Shown piece after piece: positions 19,340-28,900 of a DNA stretch of 37,978 bases. The notes beneath the pieces are model-generated. The model ran no database searches. It worked only from the letters and a program-made list of their open reading frames with translations, and was not told where the DNA came from. This DNA is from a bacterium (GTDB taxonomy: Bacteria > Muiribacteriota > UBA6191), in contig JAYZAC010000045.1 in NCBI GenBank assembly GCA_036339875.1, forward strand, positions 1 to 37,978, written 5' to 3'. Position numbers and translations under genes: made by a program. Numbering within the stretch: position 1 is the first letter of the stretch; each line of letters begins with the position of its first letter.

Positions 19340-20131
19340 TCACCAATCGAACTCTGCCATTACTGGGAAGTGATCAGAAGTCTTTTTAAGTAAGCCTTCT
19401 TGTAAAACTTCACAGGACTTGCAATTTTGCTTAAAAAATTCTGATCCAAAAAGATAATCTATCCTTACAGGGAAGGGGTATTCAGCATTCTTTTCACCTA
19501 AGGGTGTTGGATATGTTCCGACTTCTATATCCGGATTTTTCGACTTCCATAAGTCAGTGAATCCATTATTTTGGATGTGTTCGATAGCGCGAGTATCTAA
19601 TTCTCCATTGTGGTTGGAAACTCGCGCTCTAAACGTTGATTTAAAATCTTCTAACGTGATCTTGGAACCAACAGGCGGACAGTTAAAGTCTCCAAGTATC
19701 AAAGAGTGTTTTGATCGCACTGCAATATGAGTTAAGATTTGAGCTTCAATTAGGCGTAGCTCACTGGAATAGGGATTCAGATGAGTTGCGATTAATCTAA
19801 ATGGTATACCTTTTATTTCGAATTCAGCGCCTAAAATACCATGGTACATAAATCGATTAAATCCGAGTGCACGCTTTAGCTCTATATCTTTCTTAAATAG
19901 AAGGGTGATGTGGGCTTTGCTATGAGTTTGATGAATCGTTGCTTCCATATCTAATTCATGTTTGAAAACATTACGAATTTTAAAGTCGTTAGCTTCAAAT
20001 TGGTCACATTCAAAAAGAGCAATAAGGTCAGCGTCCTGAGTACGTAAAAACTCTATAATCTGACCCAAACGATTCCCAGCTTCGAATTGGCCACCTCGTA
20101 AAATGTTATAACAAATAACTTTAAGGCTCAT
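19340..20131 (-). CDS. Endonuclease/exonuclease/phosphatase (EEP) family protein
   Basis: Motifs YNI, ALFE, THL, GDFN, RIDY and SDHFPV. ATG at 20131 has GGGAG upstream and is preferred over the TTG at 20137. Confidence 0.9.
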   Translation of the reverse strand: MSLKVICYNILRGGQFEAGNRLGQIIEFLRTQDADLIALFECDQFEANDFKIRNVFKHELDMEATIHQTHSKAHITLLFKKDIELKRALGFNRFMYHGILGAEFEIKGIPFRLIATHLNPYSSELRLIEAQILTHIAVRSKHSLILGDFNCPPVGSKITLEDFKSTFRARVSNHNGELDTRAIEHIQNNGFTDLWKSKNPDIEVGTYPTPLGEKNAEYPFPVRIDYLFGSEFFKQNCKSCEVLQEGLLKKTSDHFPVMAEFDW

Positions 20132-20416
20132 GGACAAATGCTCCCGATTAATATGTTTTGCAAGACTTGCTACTATTATACAGCAATAATTGTTGTTCTA
20201 GTTCTCGCCATATCATCGACGGTAGTAGAGGTGCGCATAACAAAAACACTAGTATATATTAGACGGATTTACCTAGCTAAATTCAATTTTAGTTAGAGTC
20301 TACTTAATATGTGCCAAATCAAATAGTACATTTTTTATTACAAGACTTTAATATATTTTTGGCGATATGATTTACTCCATTAGACTACAGTAAAGAGGTA
20401 ACTTAGGTATAATTTA

Positions 20417-21244
20417 ATGATGGATGTAAAGCGTTGTAAGTATTTTATTCCAGGTTTAAATCGCTGTGAATTACCTTCTTCTGAGGATTCAGATTTATGT
20501 TCTTGGCATAGTTCGTTCTTCTGGAATTCAGAATCTTTAGTGGAACTAGAAAGAATCAAATTTCAATCCCTTGGTTTTGATATTACGGGGATGGATCTGA
20601 CTGATGTTGGAGTCGTTGATGCAAACTTCAGATCAGCAAGCTTGAGGCAGGCTATATTAAATTCATGTGTTTTTGATAAATCTTGTTTTCAGAATACGAA
20701 TTTAAAGGAATCTTATTTGTCGAGCACTCGATTTGAGAATTGTAATTTAAGAGGTTCGCTGTGGGACTCATGCGAATTGAGTGGAGGTGAATTTCTTGGT
20801 AGTGATTTAAGTGGGATTCGATTGAAGAACACAATTTTAAGACAGGTTTCAACCAACAATTGCTTAATTTCAAAAGTAAGGGTTGAACAGTCTTTGTTTG
20901 AATCACTTGATTTTAGTAGTTGTAAGTGGATTTGTGATACTTCGTATGAGGAAAATATATTTCCTAAATTTATTCGTACTAAACTTAAAAATTGTCTTTT
21001 TTCCAATGCAGACCTATCTTTCTTTCGCTTTGAAAGATGTGAATTTGTTAATTGTCATTTTCTCGACTCAGATTTGCAACGCGTAAATTTTCAGCAATGC
21101 ACATTTCTAGATACAAAGTTTGAAGGTGTCTCTAACATTAATAAGTCGTATTTTGACGAATGTGAATTCAATAGATCATCGAAGGAAAGTATAGAAAACG
21201 CAAACCCGAATGTGAAATTTAGCTCCAAAAGTTTTGCTTCATAA
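20417..21244 (+). CDS. Pentapeptide-repeat protein with N-terminal Cys/His cluster
   Basis: ANFRS ASLRQ AILNS CVFDK SCFQN TNLKE-type pentapeptides; N-terminal C-x9-C-x10-C-x2-H. Confidence 0.85.
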   Translation: MMDVKRCKYFIPGLNRCELPSSEDSDLCSWHSSFFWNSESLVELERIKFQSLGFDITGMDLTDVGVVDANFRSASLRQAILNSCVFDKSCFQNTNLKESYLSSTRFENCNLRGSLWDSCELSGGEFLGSDLSGIRLKNTILRQVSTNNCLISKVRVEQSLFESLDFSSCKWICDTSYEENIFPKFIRTKLKNCLFSNADLSFFRFERCEFVNCHFLDSDLQRVNFQQCTFLDTKFEGVSNINKSYFDECEFNRSSKESIENANPNVKFSSKSFAS

Positions 21245-21247
21245 GTG

Positions 21248-21284
21248 GTTACAAACTTGTAACAAAATCAAATAAGCTTATACT
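21248..21284 (+). promoter_or_regulatory. Putative sigma70 promoter (TTGTAA-16-TATACT) overlapped by palindrome GTTACAA-ac-TTGTAAC
   Basis: -35 at 21257-21262 and -10 at 21279-21284. Perfect 7-bp inverted repeat at 21248-21263. GGAG SD before ATG 21312. Confidence 0.5.
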
Positions 21285-21311
21285 TAAATAGAATAACCGA
21301 TTTGGAGATCA

Positions 21312-21961
21312 CTATGATGAAACTCAAATTTTTGCTATTTCTGGTCAGCACTGTTAGTGCTTTCGCTTTGTACTGTCCAAATTGCGGAACGCACAATAAA
21401 GCTCACTGGAGGCATTGTGTTGGTTGTGGTGACTCTTTGGAAGAAGCTAGAAGATTATTAAATTCAAAGAAAGGTCCAAATCGCACTACCACCAATCAGA
21501 ATGGTAGTTTTAAAAGTTCTGATGAAGGCGGAGTACGAACGCTTTACTTTAACGGAAACACAAATAATAATGCAAAAATTCATCGTGGAACGCCCGGGTT
21601 GAAAATGTCGAAATCCAAGAAAAATAGTTACTCTACTTCGAGTTTTAGAGGGATGACACCACAACAGATACAGCAGTTTATTCAAGGTAATACAGCACAA
21701 AGCCTTCTAAAGTATCAGAATCAAAACATCAACCAAGGTCAATTTTCAGCTCTTCAGTCTGACCCACAAGTCCAACAGCTCGTAAATCAAATGAAGTCCA
21801 GACAGTTTCAGGGGCAACTTATGAGAGGTCTCAGAGATATGCAGAAAAACTTGAAGGGTTCTCAGGGAACTAAAATGCGAGGTCAGATGCAACAACTACA
21901 AGGCCTTTTCGAGTTGTTGAACCACCAAGCTATTCTATCTCAAGATACCTACCAGCCATAA
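21312..21961 (+). CDS. Exported zinc-ribbon-containing, Gln-rich hypothetical protein
   Basis: GGAG-atcact-ATG start; signal peptide ending SAFA; CPNCG..CVGCG; Q/M-rich helical C-terminus. Confidence 0.75.
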
Positions 21962-22019
21962 ATTAATAATCCATCAAGGTGATCTAAAGAGCTTATTCTG
22001 ATCCTCCGATTATTAATAA

Positions 22020-22490
22020 GTGAAATTGCCTCTATGTTTAATATTAACAGTCTATTTTTTAATGACTGGTTGCGACCCAGAGAAAGAATTTAATCCTGCA
22101 GACCCTGTTCTATCTAACACAGTTCCACACCCGTTTAATAAATTTCATCTGGTAACTTTAGGTGGTAGCGTTACAGACCAAGCATCTCAACAACGTTATA
22201 ATTTATCCGGTGTCTACCTTGCCTATCAACCATCGATGAGTTTTGAGGGCACAATTTGCCGCGAGCAAGGCGGACCATCGTCAAACTTTGATTGCCAAGG
22301 AAACCCCTCTAGTCAAAATTTTCAGATTCTATTAAATCAAAATCAAAGTCAGGCTACTTTTTCTGGAAGCTGGGGTCCATTAATAGAAATAGAAGGTTTA
22401 GCAGCAGACTTGCAGGGTGATTTGAACTTACGCTTTAATAGTACTCAACATGATAACTATGAAGTTAGATTATCAGTACTTAGTAATTGA
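22020..22490 (+). CDS. Hypothetical lipoprotein
   Basis: GTG start; MKLPLCLILTVYFLMTG|C lipobox; one further Cys pair in the mature part. Confidence 0.75.
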   Translation: MKLPLCLILTVYFLMTGCDPEKEFNPADPVLSNTVPHPFNKFHLVTLGGSVTDQASQQRYNLSGVYLAYQPSMSFEGTICREQGGPSSNFDCQGNPSSQNFQILLNQNQSQATFSGSWGPLIEIEGLAADLQGDLNLRFNSTQHDNYEVRLSVLSN

Positions 22491-22492
22491 CT

Positions 22493-23125
22493 TCAGTCGT
22501 TATGAACCTTTACCTCAATTCCCGGCACTTCTACAACATTGGATTTACTTGCATGAATTGGGTTCCAGATACCGCGCTGTTTTTTTACAGCTTCATTCAT
22601 CAGTTTTTTAAATTGAGGGAGAAGTAACGGATCTATTGAAGAGTTAGGTGTCATTACTCCTAGTCCTTCGCGCAGGAGTTCAGAATTAACTAAGGTTTTA
22701 CCTACCATTATATAGGAGTGATTATACTCTTCTTTGGAAGCACTTTTGGGAGTGTATATTTTGAGCGATTTATTATTGAGTTTGTGACTGATTTGTTTTT
22801 GGATTTCAGCCCGCATTTTGCCGTGCGCTTTAGGAGACATATCCATTAAACCTAATAGTTGAACTTCTTCTTGGCGTCCAGAATTGTCTACGCGTAAGAC
22901 ATTTGGGCTAACTACTTCAATTAGCCTAGCAGTTTTTTGGCTATATCTCTCTCGACTAAAAAGTGCTTTTTTCGTTTTGCTGACGCTGTAGTTTGCTTTT
23001 CGAGCTTTGCCATTAACAAAAATGACGGATTCTATTTGTCCTGGCTTGTCAAGAGCTAAAGGTTTAGTCTCAGTATTAACGCAAATGGTTGAAAGCAAGG
23101 CAATTAGTGCAAATAAAAATCTCAT
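22493..23125 (-). CDS. Secreted thermonuclease/SNase-fold protein, catalytic motifs degenerate
   Basis: Signal peptide; VNSELLREGLG and EAVKKQRGIW match the SNase-like C-terminal pattern; GGAG SD. Confidence 0.75.
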   Translation of the reverse strand: MRFLFALIALLSTICVNTETKPLALDKPGQIESVIFVNGKARKANYSVSKTKKALFSRERYSQKTARLIEVVSPNVLRVDNSGRQEEVQLLGLMDMSPKAHGKMRAEIQKQISHKLNNKSLKIYTPKSASKEEYNHSYIMVGKTLVNSELLREGLGVMTPNSSIDPLLLPQFKKLMNEAVKKQRGIWNPIHASKSNVVEVPGIEVKVHND

Positions 23126-23220
23126 GAAAGCTCCAAATAATCATACAAAACTGAACAATAATAGACGCATTTTGTCATACTAAGTTCGTATTTGTAAATG
23201 TTTTTGGTACTAACAATGAA

Positions 23221-24444
23221 CTAAGCTGCACGATGTGGCGCTTCAGAATTACCAGTTTCTAAAGAAACATTAATTCCTTCTTTTCCAAATAAAAACACTA
23301 AAGGCATATGAATGCGACTTGCCCACGAGGCTTCATCGTGATAGGCCCCAACGTGTTCGAAATAATACAGGTCTTCACCCTGTTTGTAACCCTTACTTTT
23401 GAGCAAATCGGATACTTGGCGTGTATCTTGAAGGGCTAGAGATTTTCCCTGTCGGTTGACACCTTCTTGGGTGCCCATGTCTAACCAAATCTTATGATCA
23501 ATTCTATTTTTATTCGGTAAATATTCGTTTTCCATCATATTGGAATCCCACCATAGAGATGGGGAAATTGAGCCAATGCGTCCAAACACATCAGGATGCT
23601 CGAAGCCAGCCCATAAAGAAATTAAACCACCCAAGCTAGACCCCATTATTCCAGTATTGGCTGGTCCAGTAAGTGTATTAAACTTCTGATTAATCACAGG
23701 CATCAGTTCATCAATCAAGAATTTAAGATATTTTGGTCCGCGTCCACCACCCATTTTAGAGCTAGAAGTGGGTGTGTACTCATCCAGTCTTGCCGCCGTA
23801 TTAAAAACTCCAACTATTATAATTTCGTGGATTAAACCCATTTCAATGAGTCGCTCTGCTGCTTCATCTACTTCCCACTCAACACCCATGAAAGCTGTAT
23901 TAGCATCAAATAGATTGTTACCATCATGCATGTATAGTACCGGATATTTTCTACTACTGTTAGATTTATAGGAGGGAGGGAGGTAAATCAAAATATTACG
24001 ATTATTTTCTAAGTGTTTACTGGCAAAATTACGTATATATTCAAATTTTCCCTTGCGTGTATGATTCGGCGATTCATCTTCAAATCCGGCAAAATTAGCA
24101 ATTTCAAATTCTGAAGTATGAGAACGATTTGCAATAATTTTTCGATTTGGTATTTCGTTAAATCGCTTACCTTTTTCCACCGACTCCCAGCTTCCGAGAG
24201 TGAATTTGAATTCTACATGAGTATTAGCTTGGACTCTTAATTTTGTTTCAAAGCGACCGTCTTCTCCAAGAGTCATTTTGTGAGAATGATCTTTCCAATT
24301 TCCCAGAAGTGGTAGTTCCCCGATGATACAAGGGGCTTGGTTTACATATTTGGGGGCGCTGACTCTGACTATTAGGTCAACGTATCTGGTTCGCACCAGA
24401 AAGAATCCACCCACAAAGGCTAAGATAATGATTAAATAAAGCAT
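23221..24444 (-). CDS. Membrane-anchored CBM20-like domain plus alpha/beta-hydrolase (putative esterase)
   Basis: N-terminal TM; IIGELPLLGNW..VEFKFTLGSWESVE..PNR (CBM20-like); YLPPSY, YPVLYMHDGNNLF, GSSLGG nucleophile elbow, HDEASW catalytic His. Confidence 0.85.
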   Translation of the reverse strand: MLYLIIILAFVGGFFLVRTRYVDLIVRVSAPKYVNQAPCIIGELPLLGNWKDHSHKMTLGEDGRFETKLRVQANTHVEFKFTLGSWESVEKGKRFNEIPNRKIIANRSHTSEFEIANFAGFEDESPNHTRKGKFEYIRNFASKHLENNRNILIYLPPSYKSNSSRKYPVLYMHDGNNLFDANTAFMGVEWEVDEAAERLIEMGLIHEIIIVGVFNTAARLDEYTPTSSSKMGGGRGPKYLKFLIDELMPVINQKFNTLTGPANTGIMGSSLGGLISLWAGFEHPDVFGRIGSISPSLWWDSNMMENEYLPNKNRIDHKIWLDMGTQEGVNRQGKSLALQDTRQVSDLLKSKGYKQGEDLYYFEHVGAYHDEASWASRIHMPLVFLFGKEGINVSLETGNSEAPHRAA

Positions 24445-24464
24445 AAGTGATAAATCAAAGCGCG

Positions 24465-24494
24465 ATTATAGTCTGATGATTCCGGCTTTTGCAA
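24465..24494 (-). promoter_or_regulatory. Putative sigma70 promoter for the CBM20-esterase gene
   Basis: Minus strand TTGCAA (24494-24489), 18-nt spacer, TATAAT (24470-24465), ending 20 nt before the ATG at 24444. Confidence 0.55.
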
Positions 24495-24508
24495 AAGGAG
24501 TTTTGAAT

Positions 24509-25336
24509 ATGGGTAGACCTGATTTTATTGAACTACTCAAAGACCAAGGTCTTGAAATCTTTTCTATTCCGCAAGGAAGCGATAATTTTGCATACATTCT
24601 CCGTGTACCCGGGAGCGATCGAGTTGCGCTAGTAGATGCTATGGAGGCAAAATCCATAAAAAAGTTTCTAGAAAATAGGGGTTGGACCCTTGAGGTAATC
24701 TTCAATACCCATCATCACTATGATCATGTGGGTGCAAACAAGTTTTTTTTGGAGAATTCTGATGATTTGAAGGTTTTGGGTAGTACTTATGATCAAAGTA
24801 ATAATCGAATTCCAGGTCAAACTCGGGTATTGAAACATCTCGAAAAATTCAAATGGCAAAATTTAAGCATCACCACCTTAGAAATTCCTGGGCATACACT
24901 CGGACATATTGGTTATTTCGTGGATATAGGAAATGGACACTTCTTCTGTGGAGATACCGTCTTTTTAGGGGGATGCGGTCGCTTGTTTGAGGGTTCACCT
25001 GCACAGATGGATAACTCTATTAATAATGTGATTCGTAGTTTAGGTGATGATGTGAGTCTTTATCCTGCCCACGAGTATTCTTTAGCTAACTTAGAATTTG
25101 CTAAGTCATTGTACGATGAACCGCAACTCTCAGAATATATAACTAGGCTAAGGGAGCAGTTGAAAAATAAAGGTACAACGCTTCCGACGACCATCGCCCA
25201 AGAAATTCGCTTTAATCCTTTTTTTAGAATTAGAGATCAAGTTTATCTTGAAAATCTTCATTCTCGGGGCGTCATTCAGGATTTGAATTCGGTGAATGCC
25301 TTTGGGCAGGTTAGAGCACTCAAAGATAAGTTTTAA
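24509..25336 (+). CDS. gloB: Hydroxyacylglutathione hydrolase (glyoxalase II)
   Basis: DNFAY, THHHYDHVG, PGHTLGH, GDTVFLGGCGRLFEG, AHEYSLANLEFA, NPF. AGGAG SD 8 nt before ATG 24509 favours this start over 24476. Confidence 0.93.
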   Translation: MGRPDFIELLKDQGLEIFSIPQGSDNFAYILRVPGSDRVALVDAMEAKSIKKFLENRGWTLEVIFNTHHHYDHVGANKFFLENSDDLKVLGSTYDQSNNRIPGQTRVLKHLEKFKWQNLSITTLEIPGHTLGHIGYFVDIGNGHFFCGDTVFLGGCGRLFEGSPAQMDNSINNVIRSLGDDVSLYPAHEYSLANLEFAKSLYDEPQLSEYITRLREQLKNKGTTLPTTIAQEIRFNPFFRIRDQVYLENLHSRGVIQDLNSVNAFGQVRALKDKF

Positions 25337-25375
25337 GTAGGACAATACACAATTTTCATTTGAAGTGTATTACTG

Positions 25376-25384
25376 TGATAAAAT
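25376..25384 (+). promoter_or_regulatory. Putative extended -10 promoter (TGaTAAAAT) 7 nt before def ATG
   Basis: tgTGaTAAAATtcaactcATG, with no SD-like sequence in between. Confidence 0.45.
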
Positions 25385-25391
25385 TCAACTC

Positions 25392-25892
25392 ATGGAAATC
25401 TACAAGTTTGGTTCAGAAATACTCAGAGCTGAAACTCAAAGTATTGAGAAAATTACCGATGAAATTCGTGATTTGCTTGATGATATGATCGAGACAATGA
25501 TACTAGCTCCAGGTATTGGTCTTGCGGCTCCTCAAGTGGGGCGTGATCTTCGTATGTTCGTTATGAATACGGAAGAAAATCAGTTTGATAAAATTATTAA
25601 TCCTAAAATAATAGAGTCCTCTGGTGTTTCCACTTTCAACGAAGGTTGTTTGTCTTTTCCAGAACTCTTTGCAGATGTGGCTCGCCCAGATTGGATAAAA
25701 GTTAGTTACTTAAACGAAGACGGTGAAGAGATAGAATTAGAGCGTGATGGTTTATGGGCTCGTTGTTTTCAACACGAATTAGATCATTTAGATGGACGAT
25801 TGCTTGTGGATCATTTGACGCAGAAGCAACTACGCAAGATGCGTGAAGAGCTTAATCAAATTGAAGAACTAGGGCTCCAGCAAAACAAATGA
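25392..25892 (+). CDS. def: Peptide deformylase
   Basis: GIGLAAPQVG, EGCLS and QHELDHLDG motifs. MEIYKFGSEILR matches the usual PDF N-terminus, so the start is placed at ATG 25392. Confidence 0.96.
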   Translation: MEIYKFGSEILRAETQSIEKITDEIRDLLDDMIETMILAPGIGLAAPQVGRDLRMFVMNTEENQFDKIINPKIIESSGVSTFNEGCLSFPELFADVARPDWIKVSYLNEDGEEIELERDGLWARCFQHELDHLDGRLLVDHLTQKQLRKMREELNQIEELGLQQNK

Positions 25893-25927
25893 CTCTGAGA
25901 TGAGTTTTGTTGGTTTGGCGGATCGAA

Positions 25928-28900
25928 ATGCCTAATCTCGACAAAGCACGAAATAAATTCAAACAGAGTAGCACTCTGTCAGTCACTTTCGTCTTATTTT
26001 TTATACTGGCGGTTTCACTTCCGATCCTTTTTCTTACTAGGATTGGTTATGATTATTATTCCCAGACAGTTCCTGTTGAACAGAGAAAAATGTTCAAGGA
26101 GCACGCAGAGCTTGCGCAAGCAATCGATAAAAACTTCCGACTTTATCGTAAAAGTCTGAGAGATTTAAATCTTCAATTTTATAATCATAAAGTTTTCAAA
26201 AAAATTCCAGGTAGTACGGATAGTCGTTTATGGATGTTCGATCGAAGTAAAAAATTTCAAAGAGAACTGCAAGATGAAGACGAAGTTTTGGATAAATTAA
26301 AGCGTGGTTATAGGTTCTTTGAGCCCATCATTTCAAATAATTTTTTGCGCGCTCAAAATGTTAAGAAAAAAGATAAGAGAGGTATCCAAGATTTAGAGAA
26401 ATTCCTTTCATCTAAAGTAGCCTCAAAATCAAGGAAATTGAAGAATTCAGCATTTATCAAACGTAGACTTAAGAGACGACTTAGTAAATATAATAAGCAT
26501 AATTTTACATACAAGACGCATGTATGGGACCAGTTGGATAATAATAGGGAAGTCAGTAAATTGCCGCTATCTATGCAGATCTATGTATGGGAGCAATATA
26601 TATCCAATGATAGCGGAGGTTTCAAATTCAGTGATATTGATAAATTAAAATCAATCAATACATCTAGGCAATATCAATTAAGAAAGTATCTGGACAGAAT
26701 TCCGGTACATCAAATTTTTGATAGTAAAGATACAATGCTAGCTTGGTGCTTTGATGAACTATCCTCTATTTTTAGAGATATCTTAGTAGCCGAAATTTTG
26801 GGTAAAGAATTCTTAAGAGAAGATAACAATATAGACGGATTTCATCGCATCACAGGAAAAGATATTCTCAATTCTCGAGGTAAATTTATACCACTAAAGA
26901 TTATCATGTTAGATCTTGAAATCTACTGGGATTTACTACCAGCAAATTTTTCTAAATCAGCTTATGAACAGAATAAAGTAGCCTCTCCTCTTGCGATTTA
27001 TTGTGCAATCTTTGATCGATCAAAATCTGAAAAACATTATCTTGATTTATTGAAATCTAATCGCAGAACTCAGTATCTGAGTCCGATATCTAAAAAATTA
27101 GATCAGTTCAAAGAAAACCTAGCAACTAATGGTGTCAACTTTTCAGTGGTTGATAGTAGGAGTTACTTGAGAAGAGAAAGTAAGAATATTTCAGCTTCTA
27201 TAACTGATCTAGAGTTCACGCCTCGGACGGGTTATTTACATCAAGATATTGAGAACTCGAATCTTTCTTCCGTGAACTTCGAGGAAAATGGCGACTTTGT
27301 ACTAGTAAACGAACTAACCCGCGTACTAAATCAAAAAACAGGTGAATTTACTTTAAGGGATAAAGATTTAATAGGATATTTAGCCAAATCATTAGATAAA
27401 AATGAGATTTATACGCCAAAATTCAAGCATCTGCTGGACTTAATCATTAAGACAGGTAAACCATTATTTTTTACGTATAAGATTAAGGGTAAACCGATGC
27501 TTGGTTCACTTTTTGCATCGTCTATTATTAAAGATAAGCTTTTCTTTTTCTCACAAAGTCAATCAAAGTTAATGACAATATTGCAGCAGCGTCAGACACT
27601 AATTGTGAGTCTAATAGTTTTGAATTTAATACTTGTAATGATTCTTGGGCGTGCACTCAGTCGTCGGGTGGTAGCTCCAATTATGCAGCTTACCGACAAG
27701 ATATCGAGAATGGCTCGTGGAAAATACGATGATAAAGTTAATTTTGAACAAATAGATGAAATTGGTCGCTTAGGGAATAATTTTAATAAAATGGCTGAAG
27801 AAATTCAGGAAAAATTATTTATGATGCGTTCGATAGGAGCGGTTAATCGTCTGATGAATCACGATTTGGCAAGACGGACGATACTAAAGTATATCCTGCA
27901 TTTGCTAAGTATTAGATACCACGCATCATTCGGTTTGATTGGTTTTTTTGAAGGCGGGTTATCGGCAAATGCTTCGGAATATTCGTATTGGCAAGATTCT
28001 CAACTTGATAATGAATTAATGTCCAGAGTAATGGAGACCGTGGCAAGCAAGCTTTATCCGCAGGATAGAACTTTTAAAGTATTATCGAGAAGTGAACTCT
28101 CAAATTACCAATTACCTTTCAATAATGCCGTCTCTTTTTACAGCTCGCCCGAATCTTCAGTAGGTTCTGATTCTGTGGAAGTTATTGGAGTTGTTTTTAT
28201 AGCTAACGTAGATGATGCATTAATAACTGCTTTAGAATCAGAGGAAAATTATTTGATACATCCGATGTATCATTTGTGTAATCAAGCCAAAACCGTCGTA
28301 GTCAAAACTTTACTAGATGAAATTGAAGGCGATACAAAGAAGGGTCAGGAAATTCAAGAAAGTTTGATGCCTGTAGTTGATCCAGATTTTTGCGAATCAT
28401 TAGACATTGCTCATTTTTTCAAAGGCGCTCGCGGACTGGCTGGTGATTACCTTGATTTCCAATTATCAGAACATAAGAAATTAATACATTTCTCAATTGC
28501 AGACGTCTCTGGTAAAGGAATTGGACCATCCTTGTTTGGAGCTAAATCTAAAGCTTTAATGCGAGTATTGACTGATAAATACCCTCGAAAAACGGGTAAA
28601 GTGTTGAGTGAATTGAACCTCAATCTGTGTCGAGATAAGCAAGATTCACTATTTCTCACAATGTTTTACTGTTCGATTGATTTGGAGACTTTGACTTTAT
28701 TTTATTCGTCAGCTGGTCACAATAAAATGTTACTGATAAGGGTCAATGGAGAGCTGGTGCATTTGAACGCAAAAGGAATTCCTGCAGGTTTATTTTCCAC
28801 TGCGGAATATGAAGCCCGAGAGATTAAGTTAAATGTAGGTGATAGCATTGTTCTATACACTGATGGTGTTACAGAATTAGAGAATGCTTCCCAAGAGCTA

